NCBI GenBank assembly: GCA_951406725.2
Contig: OX597840.1
Location: 30,442,001-30,506,000, forward strand
Reading direction: 5' to 3'
DNA: 64,000 bases
Origin: Octopus vulgaris
Lineage: Eukaryota
Numbering within the stretch: the first letter of the stretch is position 1; each line of letters starts with the position of its first letter. This document shows positions 39,876 through 51,428 of the stretch, one piece after another. The translations under genes were made by a program, and so were the position numbers. The notes under the pieces were generated by a model. That model saw nothing but the letters and a program-made list of their open reading frames with translations, made no database searches and had not been told where the DNA came from.

Positions 39876-40269
39876 TCCTAAAAATCTTTTGAAAGAGATG
39901 ATTTAGCGTTTGACAGATTTAACCATAAGGAACGACACTGGAAATATAATGGAATTAAATATTTTGGCAAAGCAGAACCGATTGTTTCAACTTGTTTGGG
40001 AATTTAACACGAAACTCCACCAACGCATCAAATGTTTATCTAGAACTGCCTTTTGTGCTAAAGAAATCGGTTACAATAGCAAATATTTGGAGCACAATTA
40101 TCAGATTTTTAAGAACATTTAAGAATATTTGTTAACGTGGTTTATTCTAAGAACTGTAATCGCATTCATTATTTGGTATTATTGGACTTCTTTCTGTTAA
40201 TCTTTGCAATAAATTTACAAGTTCGCTGAAGGAAAATTCTTTATTTTTCACTTCTCAATATAAAGAAAG

Positions 40270-40480
40270 TTTCTCTGTATAGTTTTTATGTCTTGTTTTT
40301 CTCACCAAATTCTATACATTTTCCACTGGGCTTTTCTACCCAAGTACACTTTATATTCTTGCTAATGAAGCTTACCATAATATACATAGTATTACCAGCT
40401 AATATATTAGTCTCAATATCAATTCCATTGTTAGTAGTCACAGACAATATATTGGCCCAAAACTAAATTTTCCCGTCTGT
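40270..40480 (-). pseudogene. Highly decayed RTE-like LINE fragment
   Basis: - strand ILSVTTNNGIDIETNILAGNTM...RKAQWKMY loosely matches the RTE post-RT region (RI.AGNR.Y...LSRKTK.KIY). Confidence 0.35.
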
Positions 40481-40832
40481 GGTTTAAATAAAATTTTGTT
40501 ATCACGGTTTTTCTCTATCGTCATTGTCAGCATCCGCATCATCAATGTCGGCATCTTCGTCGTTGTTGTTGTTTAACATCCGCTTTTTCCATGCTTGCAT
40601 AGTTTACTCTTTTTACTCTTTTACTCTTTTACTTGTTTCAGTCATTTGACTGCGGCCATGCTGGAGCACCGCCTTTAGTCGAGCAACTCGACCCCGGGAC
40701 TAATTCTTTTGTAAGCCCAGTACTTATTCTATCGGTCTCTTTTGCCGAACTGCTAAGTGACGGTGACGTAAACACACCAGCATCGGTTGTCAAGTGATGT
40801 TGGGGGGACAAACACAGACACACAAACATACC

Positions 40833-40864
<32 letters not shown>

Positions 40865-41241
40865 CACTTGCGTCAGAAATTAATTAGCACTTCTCAAATT
40901 TCTACATTAAATAGGTTAAATCAATTAACCTATGAGCTGTTCAAAATGTCTTACGCGATGAGAAAACTTAGTATGGTGCGATTTCGGTCCTTGCGAGGCA
41001 CTGCCTATATCTATTAAACAAAGGAAGATTTGTCTGCATCCGCACTCCAATTTGTTGCACTGCTATGTCAACATCATAAGGCTGTAGACTCTCAAACTGC
41101 TCTGCAAACAAAGTTACGTCATCGTTCTGCGCAACAGTGAACTCGCAACAAAGCAATAGTTCGAGATATGGCCACTAGGTGACAGCACATACCTTGAGAG
41201 AAGAACAAATCAAGGGTGCTAATTAATTTCTGACGGTAGTG
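40865..41241. mobile_element. Tc1/mariner-type MITE, copy 2, nested in the TA tract of a family A SINE
   Basis: Same TIRs and TA flanks as 5959-6336; host SINE halves lie at about 40605-40864 and 41242-41417. Confidence 0.88.
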
Positions 41242-41822
41242 TACATATACATATATACGACAGGCTTCTTTCAGTTTCCGTCTACCAAATCCACTCACAA
41301 TGCTTTGATCGGCTTGAGGCTATAGTAGAAGACACTTGTCCAAAGTGCCATGCAGTGGGACTGAACCCGGAACCATGTGGTTGGTAAACAAGCTACTTAC
41401 CACACAGCCACTCCTGCCCCTGGTTTGGGCAGATTTTCCACAGCAATTTGCCCATTTGTCACCAATCGTAACTCGTTTGTAAGAAAGGTAATATTCCCTG
41501 AGACTGAACATGTTTCCATGGAAGATTTCAAACAAAGAACATGATTATTTGCATAATGGTAACACACATTCACATCTATTGCCTCATGATTAGGGGACAG
41601 AAACAAATACACACACGCATGTTCATGTATGTATAACTATGGCTTTCGGTAGAAGACACTTGCCTAAGGTGCCACACAATGGGACTGAACCCAGAACCAT
41701 GAGGTTGGTAAGCAAGCTACTTACCACACAGCCACTCCTACGCATAGCAAGTACTTATTTTATCAACCCCAGAAGGATGAAAGGCGAAGCTGACGTTGGT
41801 GGAACCTGCTCACCACCATAAA

Positions 41823-41866
<44 letters not shown>

Positions 41867-42079
41867 TCTTTTCTACTAAAGGCACAAGGCCTGAAATTTT
41901 AGGGGAGGAGATAAGTTGATTACATTGACCCCAATGTTTCACTGGTACTTAATTTATCAACCCTGAAAGGATGAAAGGCAAAGTCATTCTTGGAGGAATT
42001 GAACTCAGAACATAAAGATGGACGAAATAGCTCTAGGCATTTAGCCCAGCATGCTGACCATTCTGCCAGCTCACCACCT

Positions 42080-42139
42080 TAATAAAAACAATAATAATAA
42101 TGATGATGATGATGATGATAATAATAAATAACAATAATA

Positions 42140-42189
<50 letters not shown>

Positions 42190-42210
42190 GATGATGATGA
42201 TGATGATGAA

Positions 42211-42258
<48 letters not shown>

Positions 42259-42271
42259 TGATGATGATGAA

Positions 42272-42352
<81 letters not shown>
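42080..42352. repeat. (GAT)n microsatellite
   Basis: Seen directly. Confidence 0.95.
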
Positions 42353-42760
42353 CTTTTCAACTATAGTTGGAAGGTTTGAGTTTTGGTCTGTGAACAGAAC
42401 CAGCTGCAGTCGTAGGGGGCAGTGTGAATTGGTCAAGCAATGAAACAGGATGGAGTGGAAGGGAAAAAAAGTTGAATGAAGAGAGATCAGAGAAAGAGAG
42501 AGAGAAGGAGGGAGTGAGTGATGGAGTTGAGATGAAACGAAATAATTAAAAAGGTAAATGAAATACAACAAAACAAAAGAAAAAATATACAAAATGAGAT
42601 CTTGTATTTAGAAGAGATAACATCAGTTTTTATGCCATATTATACATACATACAGGTGTGTGAGTGTGTGTGTGTATATGTGTGTGTGTGTGTATGTGTA
42701 TGATATTTATATGTGATGTATGTATATATGTATGTATGTATATATGCCTATATATATATT

Positions 42761-42797
<37 letters not shown>

Positions 42798-42864
42798 ATA
42801 TGATATTTATATGTGAGGTATGTATATATGTATGTATGTATGTATATATGCCCATATATATATT

Positions 42865-42895
<31 letters not shown>

Positions 42896-43516
42896 ATATG
42901 TATGTATATATGTGTGTGTGTATATGTGTGTGAGTGTGTGTGTGTATATATGTGTGTGTGTATGTATGTGTATATATATATTCGCGTATGTGTATGTATA
43001 TGTATGTGTTTATATACAGGCATGCATATATATGTATATATTTATGTGTATACACACACACACACACACACACGCACACATACACACACACACACACACA
43101 TGCACACACACACACGCACACACACAAACACACACACACACATCCATTTCATTCTGCTTCTGTCTTTTGATCTAAGTAGGTTTCCATTTCTGACCACCAA
43201 CCACGAATATCAGTTTTAATTCTCACCGTTCTCTTGTAAATTTTTCAATCAGTCTCTGCTATATATAAAGTTCCTTAAGTGAGAATAACCAAAAAAAAAA
43301 AAGAAAAAAAGAATGAAAAAAAAGTAAGAAAAGAAAAGAAAAATAACCAAAACCAAAACCAAATCCTATTATTCATAAATTACTTATGAGAACTTTGGAA
43401 ACATTTTTTCCTGAAGCTGAATCACAGTTTTGTAACTCTGTAACTTGTTCAGATTCTAGAAACATCAATATGTCGTGGTGAACCTCATCAACTGAAGACA
43501 ATATACCAAGACAACT

Positions 43517-44184
43517 GGATGGAAGCACTCCGTCGGTTACGACGACGAGGGTTCCGGTTGATCCGAATCAACGGAACAGCCTGCTCGTGAAATTAACGTG
43601 TAAGTGGCTGAGCACTCCAAAGACACGTGTACCCTTAACGTAGTTCTCGGGGATATTCAGCGTGACGCAGAGAGTGACAAGGCCGGCCCCTTTGAAATAC
43701 AGGTACAACAGAAACAGGAAGTAAGAGTGAGAGAAAGTTGTGGTGAAAGAGTACAGCAAGGATCACCACCATCCCCTGCCGGAGCCTCGGGGATATTCAG
43801 TGTGACACAGAGAGTGAGAAGGCCGGCCCTTTGAAATACAGGTACAACAGAAACAGGAAGTAAGAGTGAGAGAAAGTTGTGGTGAAAGAGTACAGCAGGG
43901 ATCACCACCATCTCCTGCCGGAGCCTCGGGGATATTCAGTGTGACACAGAGAGTGACAAGGCCGGCCCTTTGAAATACAGATACAACAGAGACAGGAAGT
44001 AAGAGTGAGAGAAAGTTGTGGTGAAAGAGTCCAGCAGGGATCACCACCATCCCCTGCCAGAGCCTCGTGGAGCTTTTAGGTGTTTTTGCTCAATAAACAC
44101 TCACAATGCCCGGTCCGGGAATCGAAACCGCGATCCTATGACCGCGAGTCCGCTGCCCTAACCACTGGGCCATTGCGCCTCCAC
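43517..44184 (-). mobile_element. SINE family C with an internal 139-140 bp triplication and TSD
   Basis: 12-bp direct repeat accaagacaact at 43505-43516 and 44185-44196; units start at 43646, 43786 and 43925. Confidence 0.9.
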
Positions 44185-44324
44185 ACCAAGACAACTACGT
44201 GTGAAGGAAACCGATTTGTGACATTCCTTCCTTCTGAAATTAACAAACAATTATTCAAATGTTAATTATTTAATTCTGTTGTGTCTGGGGAGAGTCATTT
44301 TCTTTTTGTGCCTTATTATTTAAC

Positions 44325-44504
44325 ACAACGTAAAGTGTACTAGCCATCTGAATGTGGCTAGCCACTGGGGGTGGGTGTTACTGAAGCTTTTAGCCCTAGG
44401 AGATCGTTGTCCACAGCTGGCTTTAGACACACTTTCTGTGCCCTTCAGTAACACCCACCCCCAGTGGCTAGCCACATTCAGATGGCTAGTACACTTTACG
44501 TTGT
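44325..44504. repeat. Perfect 62-bp inverted repeat with 56-nt spacer
   Basis: 44325-44386 is the exact reverse complement of 44443-44504. Confidence 0.95.
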
Positions 44505-44677
44505 CGAGCGGTTACTGTTTACATCTCGTTCGGAGATTTATTAATGCTTATTTAACACACTCACCGGTAAAATTTCCACTTTTTTCTTATTTTTATTTTC
44601 CAAATGTTTTTGTTGCGTCTTGCAACCTTTTTCAACAGTCTTATTTAATGATGTTTTTCTTTATTGTTTTCCTCCAG

Positions 44678-44796
44678 GAACTCAAATCAAGAATTCTGGG
44701 TAACCAATGTGAACAAAGCAGATGAAGGAGAATACAGATGTGAAACTTGGAACAAATACGGGAACAGGTCTGCTGTGGCAACAGTCCATGTGGCTG
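44678..44796 (+). CDS. Exon encoding the C-terminal half of that Ig domain
   Basis: Pyrimidine tract and cctccag end 44677; donor G|gtaagt at 44797; phase 2 in (AG+G = Arg) matches the previous exon. Reads RNSNQEFWVTNVNKADEGEYRCETWNKYGNRSAVATVHVA (DEGEYRC...N..G). Confidence 0.93.
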
Positions 44797-44997
44797 GTAA
44801 GTATTGATGCTTGGCAAAGTAGAGAGAGGGATGAGGTTGGCACAGCCCAGGTGGAGCTTTTATGGACTGGCACTTTTGCATCTGCTGAATAAACTTGCAT
44901 AGGCGCAGGAGTGGCTGTGTGGTAAGTAGCTTGCTTACCAACCGCATGGCGATTTTCTTTCTCCATCTTCCCTTCTTTGGACCTTTCCTTTTTCTAT

Positions 44998-45032
44998 GTT
45001 TCTGACGAAGAGCTCCGCTCGAAACGTTAAAT
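44998..45032 (+). ncRNA. Minimal hammerhead-like motif with intact CUGACGA and GAAA core
   Basis: gttt-CTGACGA-a-GAGC-tcc-GCTC-GAAAC-GTT-aaat; sibling copies at about 2561 and 27273. Confidence 0.55.
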
Positions 45033-45289
45033 CCTCCTTCTTTCCTTCCTTTTCTGAGCGTCCAATAACACTATGCTTGTTCCACATCCTCGCGTTGTTA
45101 TGTTTTCTCTTTGTGTTTTCATGTTTAGATTAACTATATATAAAGCACCCACTACACTCACGGAGTAGTTGGCGTTAGGAAGGGCATCCAGCTGTAGAAA
45201 CACTGCCAGATCAGACTGGAGCCTGATGCAGCCTCCTGGCTTCCCAGACCCCAGTCGAACCGTCCAACCCATGCTAGTGCAGAAAACGG

Positions 45290-45730
45290 AGGTGATGATG
45301 GTGGTGGTGGTGGCGGCGGTGGTGGCAGCAACAGTTGAGCTGGTGGTGGTGGTGGTGGTAGTAGTGGTGAAGGTGATGATGGTGGTAGTGGAGGTGATGG
45401 TGGTGGTGGTGAAGATGATGATGGTGGTAGTGGAGGTGATGATGGTGGTGGTGGTGGTGCTGGTGCTGGTGGTGTAGTGGTGGTGGTTATGATGATGGTG
45501 GTGGTGGTGGTGGTGGTGGAGGTGGTGGTGGTGGTTATGATGATGGTAGTGGTGGTGGTGGTGGAGGTGGTGGAGGTGATGACGATGATGGTGGTGGTGG
45601 TGGTAGTGGTGGTGGTAGTGGAAGTGATGATGGTGGTGGTGGTGGCGGCAGCAGTGGTGGTGGCAAAAGTTGAGTTGGTGGTGTAAGTGCTGCTGGTGGT
45701 GGCTGTGGTTGTGGTGGTGGTGATGGTGCA
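45290..45730. repeat. (GGT/GAT)n degenerate microsatellite
   Basis: Seen directly. Confidence 0.9.
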
Positions 45731-46432
45731 GAGGGAAGGGGGGGTGCTTGCTGTTGTAGTGGCAGTGGTATGTACTGTGGTAGTAGTCTGTGTCAAGGTG
45801 CTGCAACAAACATCATTGTAGTGGTTATTTTTGTCAGCACCAAGTATATCTAGGACTACATTAATTTCAATGTGCACCGATGCTTTTTAACATAGCGGAA
45901 TAGAATGCAATTTTGAGAGAAAAAGTTTTGGGTTGTAATCTTTATTTCTTGCATGTTTAGCAAACCACAAACAGGATTTCTAACATGATATATGGTTATT
46001 GTGCGCTGGGAACCAATAAATGCTTGCGGAATCTAGTTTTGCACAGAAGGAATAATAAATATTTACAAGTCTTCTATTTGTTGTTCGACACTGAAATATT
46101 TCCAAACAGAGAGAAGAAATGTAATTTAACTGGGTACACATTGCATTATCACCTTGACCTGGGCAATGTTTAAACATGGTTAGACGTCTTACATTTACTC
46201 TAATTTAATGATCTGTATACAAAGAGTGATGCTGTCCGAACGTTCTGTCCGGATCCTTCTGTCAACTTTGTGCAAGTATTTGATTCTCAGGAGGATATTG
46301 ACAAATGCTTCTCCAGGCAAATATCAAATATCAAATATAAGTGCACACAAGACTGGTTACACAATGCAAAAGGAAAATTTCAATTTACAGAGAAAGGACT
46401 ACCGCGTAACTTCTTTCCACTGTGTGTGTGAT

Positions 46433-46466
<34 letters not shown>

Positions 46467-46584
46467 TGTGTTTTGGCTGATCGTACAGCCATGCTGTATA
46501 ACCAACCAGGACTTTCACTGCTCTAAGTTATTTCTCTTGCTACCCAAAATCTAGTTTCACTTTCATTTCTCTTGCTACCCAAAA

Positions 46585-47138
46585 CTTCATCATCATCATT
46601 CATCATTGTTCGACCATGGTCGAGACAATGGAATTTACCATGCTACGCCAGACTTCATTGTCCATCATGGTATTACGGAGGTCCTGTTGTTGGATGCCTG
46701 TATCCCTGGAGATTACATCAGGGTAGGAGAGTGTGCGCCCTCTGGCATTGCGAGTAGATGGCTTCCAGAGGAGAAGAGTAGAAATTACTTCTTTTTCAGC
46801 TCTACAACAATGTCCAGCAAACTGGACTCTCCTACCTTTCACAAGAGATGACACAGGTGGTAGTTTCCCATATATTTGCATTTTGGTTGGATGGCGTTTC
46901 CACAAGAGATTTTGAGCTCTCATAAGGAGGCGAGTGTAGGTTCCATCCAAGCTTCTTTGATAACATCCAGGTTTCTGAGCCATATAGTAGAATTGGCTCG
47001 ACTGTGGCCTTGAAGATTTCAAGTTTGAAGTCTCTACTTAGATTTGATGACCAGATCTTATGCATGTCATTACAGGCTGACCAGGCCATACCCTTTCTAG
47101 TTAGAAAGTCTTTTCCAGATGATAATATGTATGACCCC
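46585..47138 (-). mobile_element. 5'-truncated RTE-group LINE (ORF C-terminus plus (ATG)n tail)
   Basis: AWSACNDMHKIW...FKATVEPILLYGSETW, frameshift, LDGTYTRLL...RRVQFAGHCCR...WKP; 30-bp direct repeat at 46555-46584 and 47139-47168. Confidence 0.9.
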
Positions 47139-48398
47139 TTTCACTTTCATTTCTCTTGCTACCCAAAATCTACTTTCACTTTCATCTCATCATCCACCCT
47201 TACCTTTGTCCGCCTCCATATTACCAGTCACTCTTCTACCAATTCCACCTCCAATAATTCCACTGCCTTTTCCTGTCATACTTTTGCTCCTTCCCTGGGT
47301 CACCTTAGCAGTGTAATAGGCCCCATGGCAGATCAGTGCACTGGGCCTTATGGTATTTATTTATAGACAACAAACCACACCATGCATAAATCAGAAATGG
47401 GCTCCTAAACCCATAAGGCATCCAGGAAACTCCCCACTGTTCTCCTGCCTTAAGACAATACTATCCCTTCCACCATCACCCACTCTGATCCTCCTGATGT
47501 TTAGCTCCCTCTCTCTCTCTCTCTCCCTCCTAGGTCACTTAAGTAAATGTACACTCACTAAGTGATTGAATACACTCTCCCTCTCTCTCTTTCGGAGCGG
47601 CACTGAGCAGCTATACGCACACATACACACACGGCAGTAACTCCCGCCTACCGAATTCAATCACAAAGCTTCGGTCGGCTCGGGGCTATAGCGGAAGACA
47701 CCTACCCAAAGTGCCATGGAGTGGGACTGAACCCGAAACCATATAGCTAGGAAGCAAGCTCCCTAACCACTATACACACAATTTATCGACCCCAAGAGGA
47801 TGAAAGGCAAAGTCGACATTGACAGAACTTGAACTCAGAACGTTACGACGGGTGAAATACTGCTAATCATTTTACCCATCATGCTAACATGTCTGCCAGC
47901 TCATCACCTTAACATAATGAAACAATGATAAGAAGAACAATAATTGATGCTGGCTGTTATTAATATATTTAAATACTTCAACACTGAATCCTGTAGAAAT
48001 AAGAAATTATCCGAGATAACGACTTAATGCATTATTTAGTACAATATACTATTTGTATTATATTAAATACATAATAAAACAAATACTTTTAGACTAAAGT
48101 CTATTTTAAAAGGAAGCATATTGGAATGTTTTTAGGGAAATTTATCAATGAAGAACTGATTGAATTCTTAGAAAAAGAACCATACTTTTTAATATTGGTT
48201 TGTTTTAATAAAAGTTTATCAAAATTTTTTAAGCTCCTTTTTGATAAATTTTCCTAAACAGTTATGAGCTTGGAGGTATTTCGATAAGTTTATTTTATTA
48301 AAATTCTTTCAAAAATTAAATAAGACAAAGATATTAAGCAATATGCTCGTTTTAAGATATTATTTGTACAAGAGCAAGAATGGGTGTATTTTTTTTGC

Positions 48399-48955
48399 TG
48401 GTGGTGGTGGTGGTGGTGGTGGTGGTGGTGGCGGCAGTGGTGGTGGAGATGGTGGTAGTGACAGTGGTATCGTTGGTGAGGTTGGTGGTGGTGGTGGTGG
48501 TGGTGGTGGCGGTGGTGGTGGTGGTGGTGGTGGTGGTGGTGGTAGTGGCAGTGGTGGTGGTGGAGATGGTGGTGATGACAGTGGTATCATTGGTGAGGTT
48601 GGTGGTGGTGGTGGTGGTGGTGGTGGTGGCGGCAGTGGTGGTTGTAGTGGCAGTGGTGGTTGTAGTGGCAGTGGTGGTGGTGGAGATGGTGGTGATGACA
48701 GTGGTATCATTGGTGAGATTGGTGGTGGTGGTGGTGGTGGCGGCAGTGGTGGTGGTAGTGGCAGTGGTGGTGGTGGTGGTGGAGATGGTGGTGATGACAG
48801 TGGTATCATTGGTGAGGTTGGTGAGGTTGGTGGTGGTGGTGGTGGCGGTGGTGGCAGTGGTGGTGGTGGTAGTGGCAGTGGTGGTGGTGGAGATGGTGGT
48901 GATGACAGTGGTATCATTGGTGAGGTTAGTGGTGGTGGTGGGGGGGGGGGGTTGC
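48399..48955. repeat. (GGT)n minisatellite with a higher-order unit
   Basis: Five copies of ggagatggtggtgatgacagtggtatcattggtgag separated by variable GGT runs. Confidence 0.92.
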
Positions 48956-49119
48956 AATAGCAGATCCTCATTAAAACCTGCCAATAGAATTTCATGAGCT
49001 GTGAGAGATAGGCTCTACCCAAACAATCTGGAAACAAATTCAAATTTACAGTTGCAAAAACATTCAGTGTAGCCATTGTTTTTTTATCATTTTATTATTA
49101 TAGAGAAAAGGATTTCCGA

Positions 49120-49455
49120 CAACACACACACACACACACACACATACATACATACATACATACATACATACATACATACATACATTCACACACAACACAC
49201 ACTTCCACCCACACATACACACACACACCACACACACACTTCCACACACTCTCTCACTCACACACACAATTTCTCTCTCTCTCTCTCACTCTCTCTGTCA
49301 TACCCACACACACACACACAAACACACAGACACACTCTCTTTCACACACACACACATATTCTCATTCTCTCACTCACACACACAATTTCTCTCTGTCTCT
49401 CACAACGCACAATCTTTCTCTCTCTCTCTCTGTCATACACACACACACACACTCA

Positions 49456-49544
<89 letters not shown>

Positions 49545-49756
49545 ACACACACACACACCACACACACACACACCACACACACACATACTCTCACTCTCTC
49601 GCTCACACACACAATTTCTCTCTGTCTCTCACAAACATACAATCTTTCTCCCTCTCTCTCTCTCTCTCTCTCTCTGTCATGCACACACACACACACATAC
49701 TCTCGCTCTCTCACTCACACACACAATTTCTCTCTCTCTCACAAACACACAATCTT

Positions 49757-49787
<31 letters not shown>

Positions 49788-49830
49788 GTCATGCACACAC
49801 ACACTTACTCTCACTTTCTCATTCACACAC

Positions 49831-49865
<35 letters not shown>

Positions 49866-50030
49866 CACACACACACATACACACCACGCACATACACACA
49901 CTCTCTCTTCCCACTCTCTTTCACACACTCACACATACTCTCACTCTCTCACTCACACACACAATTTCTCTCTCTCACAAACATACAATCTTTCTCTCCC
50001 TCTCTCTGTCATACACACACACACATATGT
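49120..50030. repeat. (CA)/(CT) compound microsatellite with repeated spacers
   Basis: Recurrent cacacaatttctctct and ctgtcat units. Confidence 0.9.
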
Positions 50031-50634
50031 TCACTTTGCAGCCACATGGTTCCAGGTTCAGTCTCACAGTGCAGCACATTGGGCAATTGTCCTCTGTTAT
50101 AGCCATGGGCCGACCAAAGCCTTGTGAGTGTACTTGGCTGACGGAAACTGAAAGAAGCCTGTCTCATATATCTTTCACTATTCTTTTACTTGTTTCAATC
50201 ATTAGACTGTGGCCATGATGGGGCACCGTCTTGAAGGACTTTTGTTGAATGAATTGACCCCAGGATTTAATTTTTAAGCCCGACAATTATTCTTTAATGG
50301 TCTCTTTTTGCTGAACTGCTAAGTCAGAGAGACCTAGACACACCAGCCGTACTTTTTAAGCAGTGGGAGGGAATAAACACAGATATGAACACGCACGCAC
50401 ACACACATATGTATGTGTGTGTGTGTGTGTATGTGTGTGTATTGAATGTACTCAAGAAAACCTGTCCTCCACAACAGAAGTGTGAAGGCTGCCCTCCCCC
50501 ATCCTCCTGGTGAAGTGGATTGGCCTGCAAGAGTCATGTGCCAGTTCCACATGTGGTCATGTGGTGCCATGTAAAAAGCACCCAGCACACACTGTAATGC
50601 GGTTGGTATTAAGAGGACCATCCAACCGTAGAAA

Positions 50635-51428
50635 CCTATTTCTTTACTACCCAGAAGGGGCCAAACACAGAGAGGACAAACAAGGACAGACAAACGGATT
50701 AAGTCGATTATATCGACACCAGTGCATAACTGGTACTTATTTAAACGACCACGAAAGGATGAAAAGCAAAGTCGACCTCGGTGGAATTTGAACTCAGAAC
50801 GTAACGACAGACGAAATACCTATTTCTTTATTGCCCACAAGGGGCTACACACAGAGAGGACAAACAAGGACAGACACATGGATTAAGTCGATTACAGCAA
50901 CCCCAGTGCATAACTGGTACTTATTTAATTGACCCCCAAAAGGATGAAAGGCAAAGTTGGCCTCGGCGGAATTTGAACTCAGAACGTAGCGGCAGACTAA
51001 ATACCTATTTCTTTATTACCCACAAGGAGCTAAACACAGAGAGGACAAACAAGGACAGACAAAGGGATTAAGTCGATTATATCGACCCCAGTGCGTAACT
51101 GGTACTTTTTTAATCGACCCCGAAAGGATGAAAGGCAAAGTCGGCCTCGGCGGAATTTGAACTCAGAACGTAGTGGCAGATGAACTAACTATTTTTATTT
51201 CTTTACTACCCACAAGGGGCTAAACACAGAAGGGACAAACAAGGACAGACATAGGTATTAAGTCGATTACATCGACCCCAGTGTGCAACTGGTACTTAAT
51301 TTATCGACCCCGAAAGGATGAAAGGCAAAGTTGACCTCAGCAGAATTTGAACTCAGAACGTAGTGGCAGACGAAATACCGCTAAGCATTTCGCCCGGCGT
51401 GCTAATGATTCTGCCAGCTCGCCGCCTT
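50635..51428 (-). mobile_element. Head-to-tail tetramer of SINE family B (about 185-bp period)
   Basis: ctatttcttta.t.ccc recurs at about 50636, 50820, 51005 and 51197; only one unit carries the full 5' head. Confidence 0.9.

Noticed and set aside
46208-46430. Unique stretch with two open + frames
   Set aside because: No recognisable motif and no acceptor/donor pair compatible with phase 1.
48343-48960. Glycine-rich structural protein ORF
   Set aside because: Triplet minisatellite open in several frames on both strands; no convincing exon boundaries.
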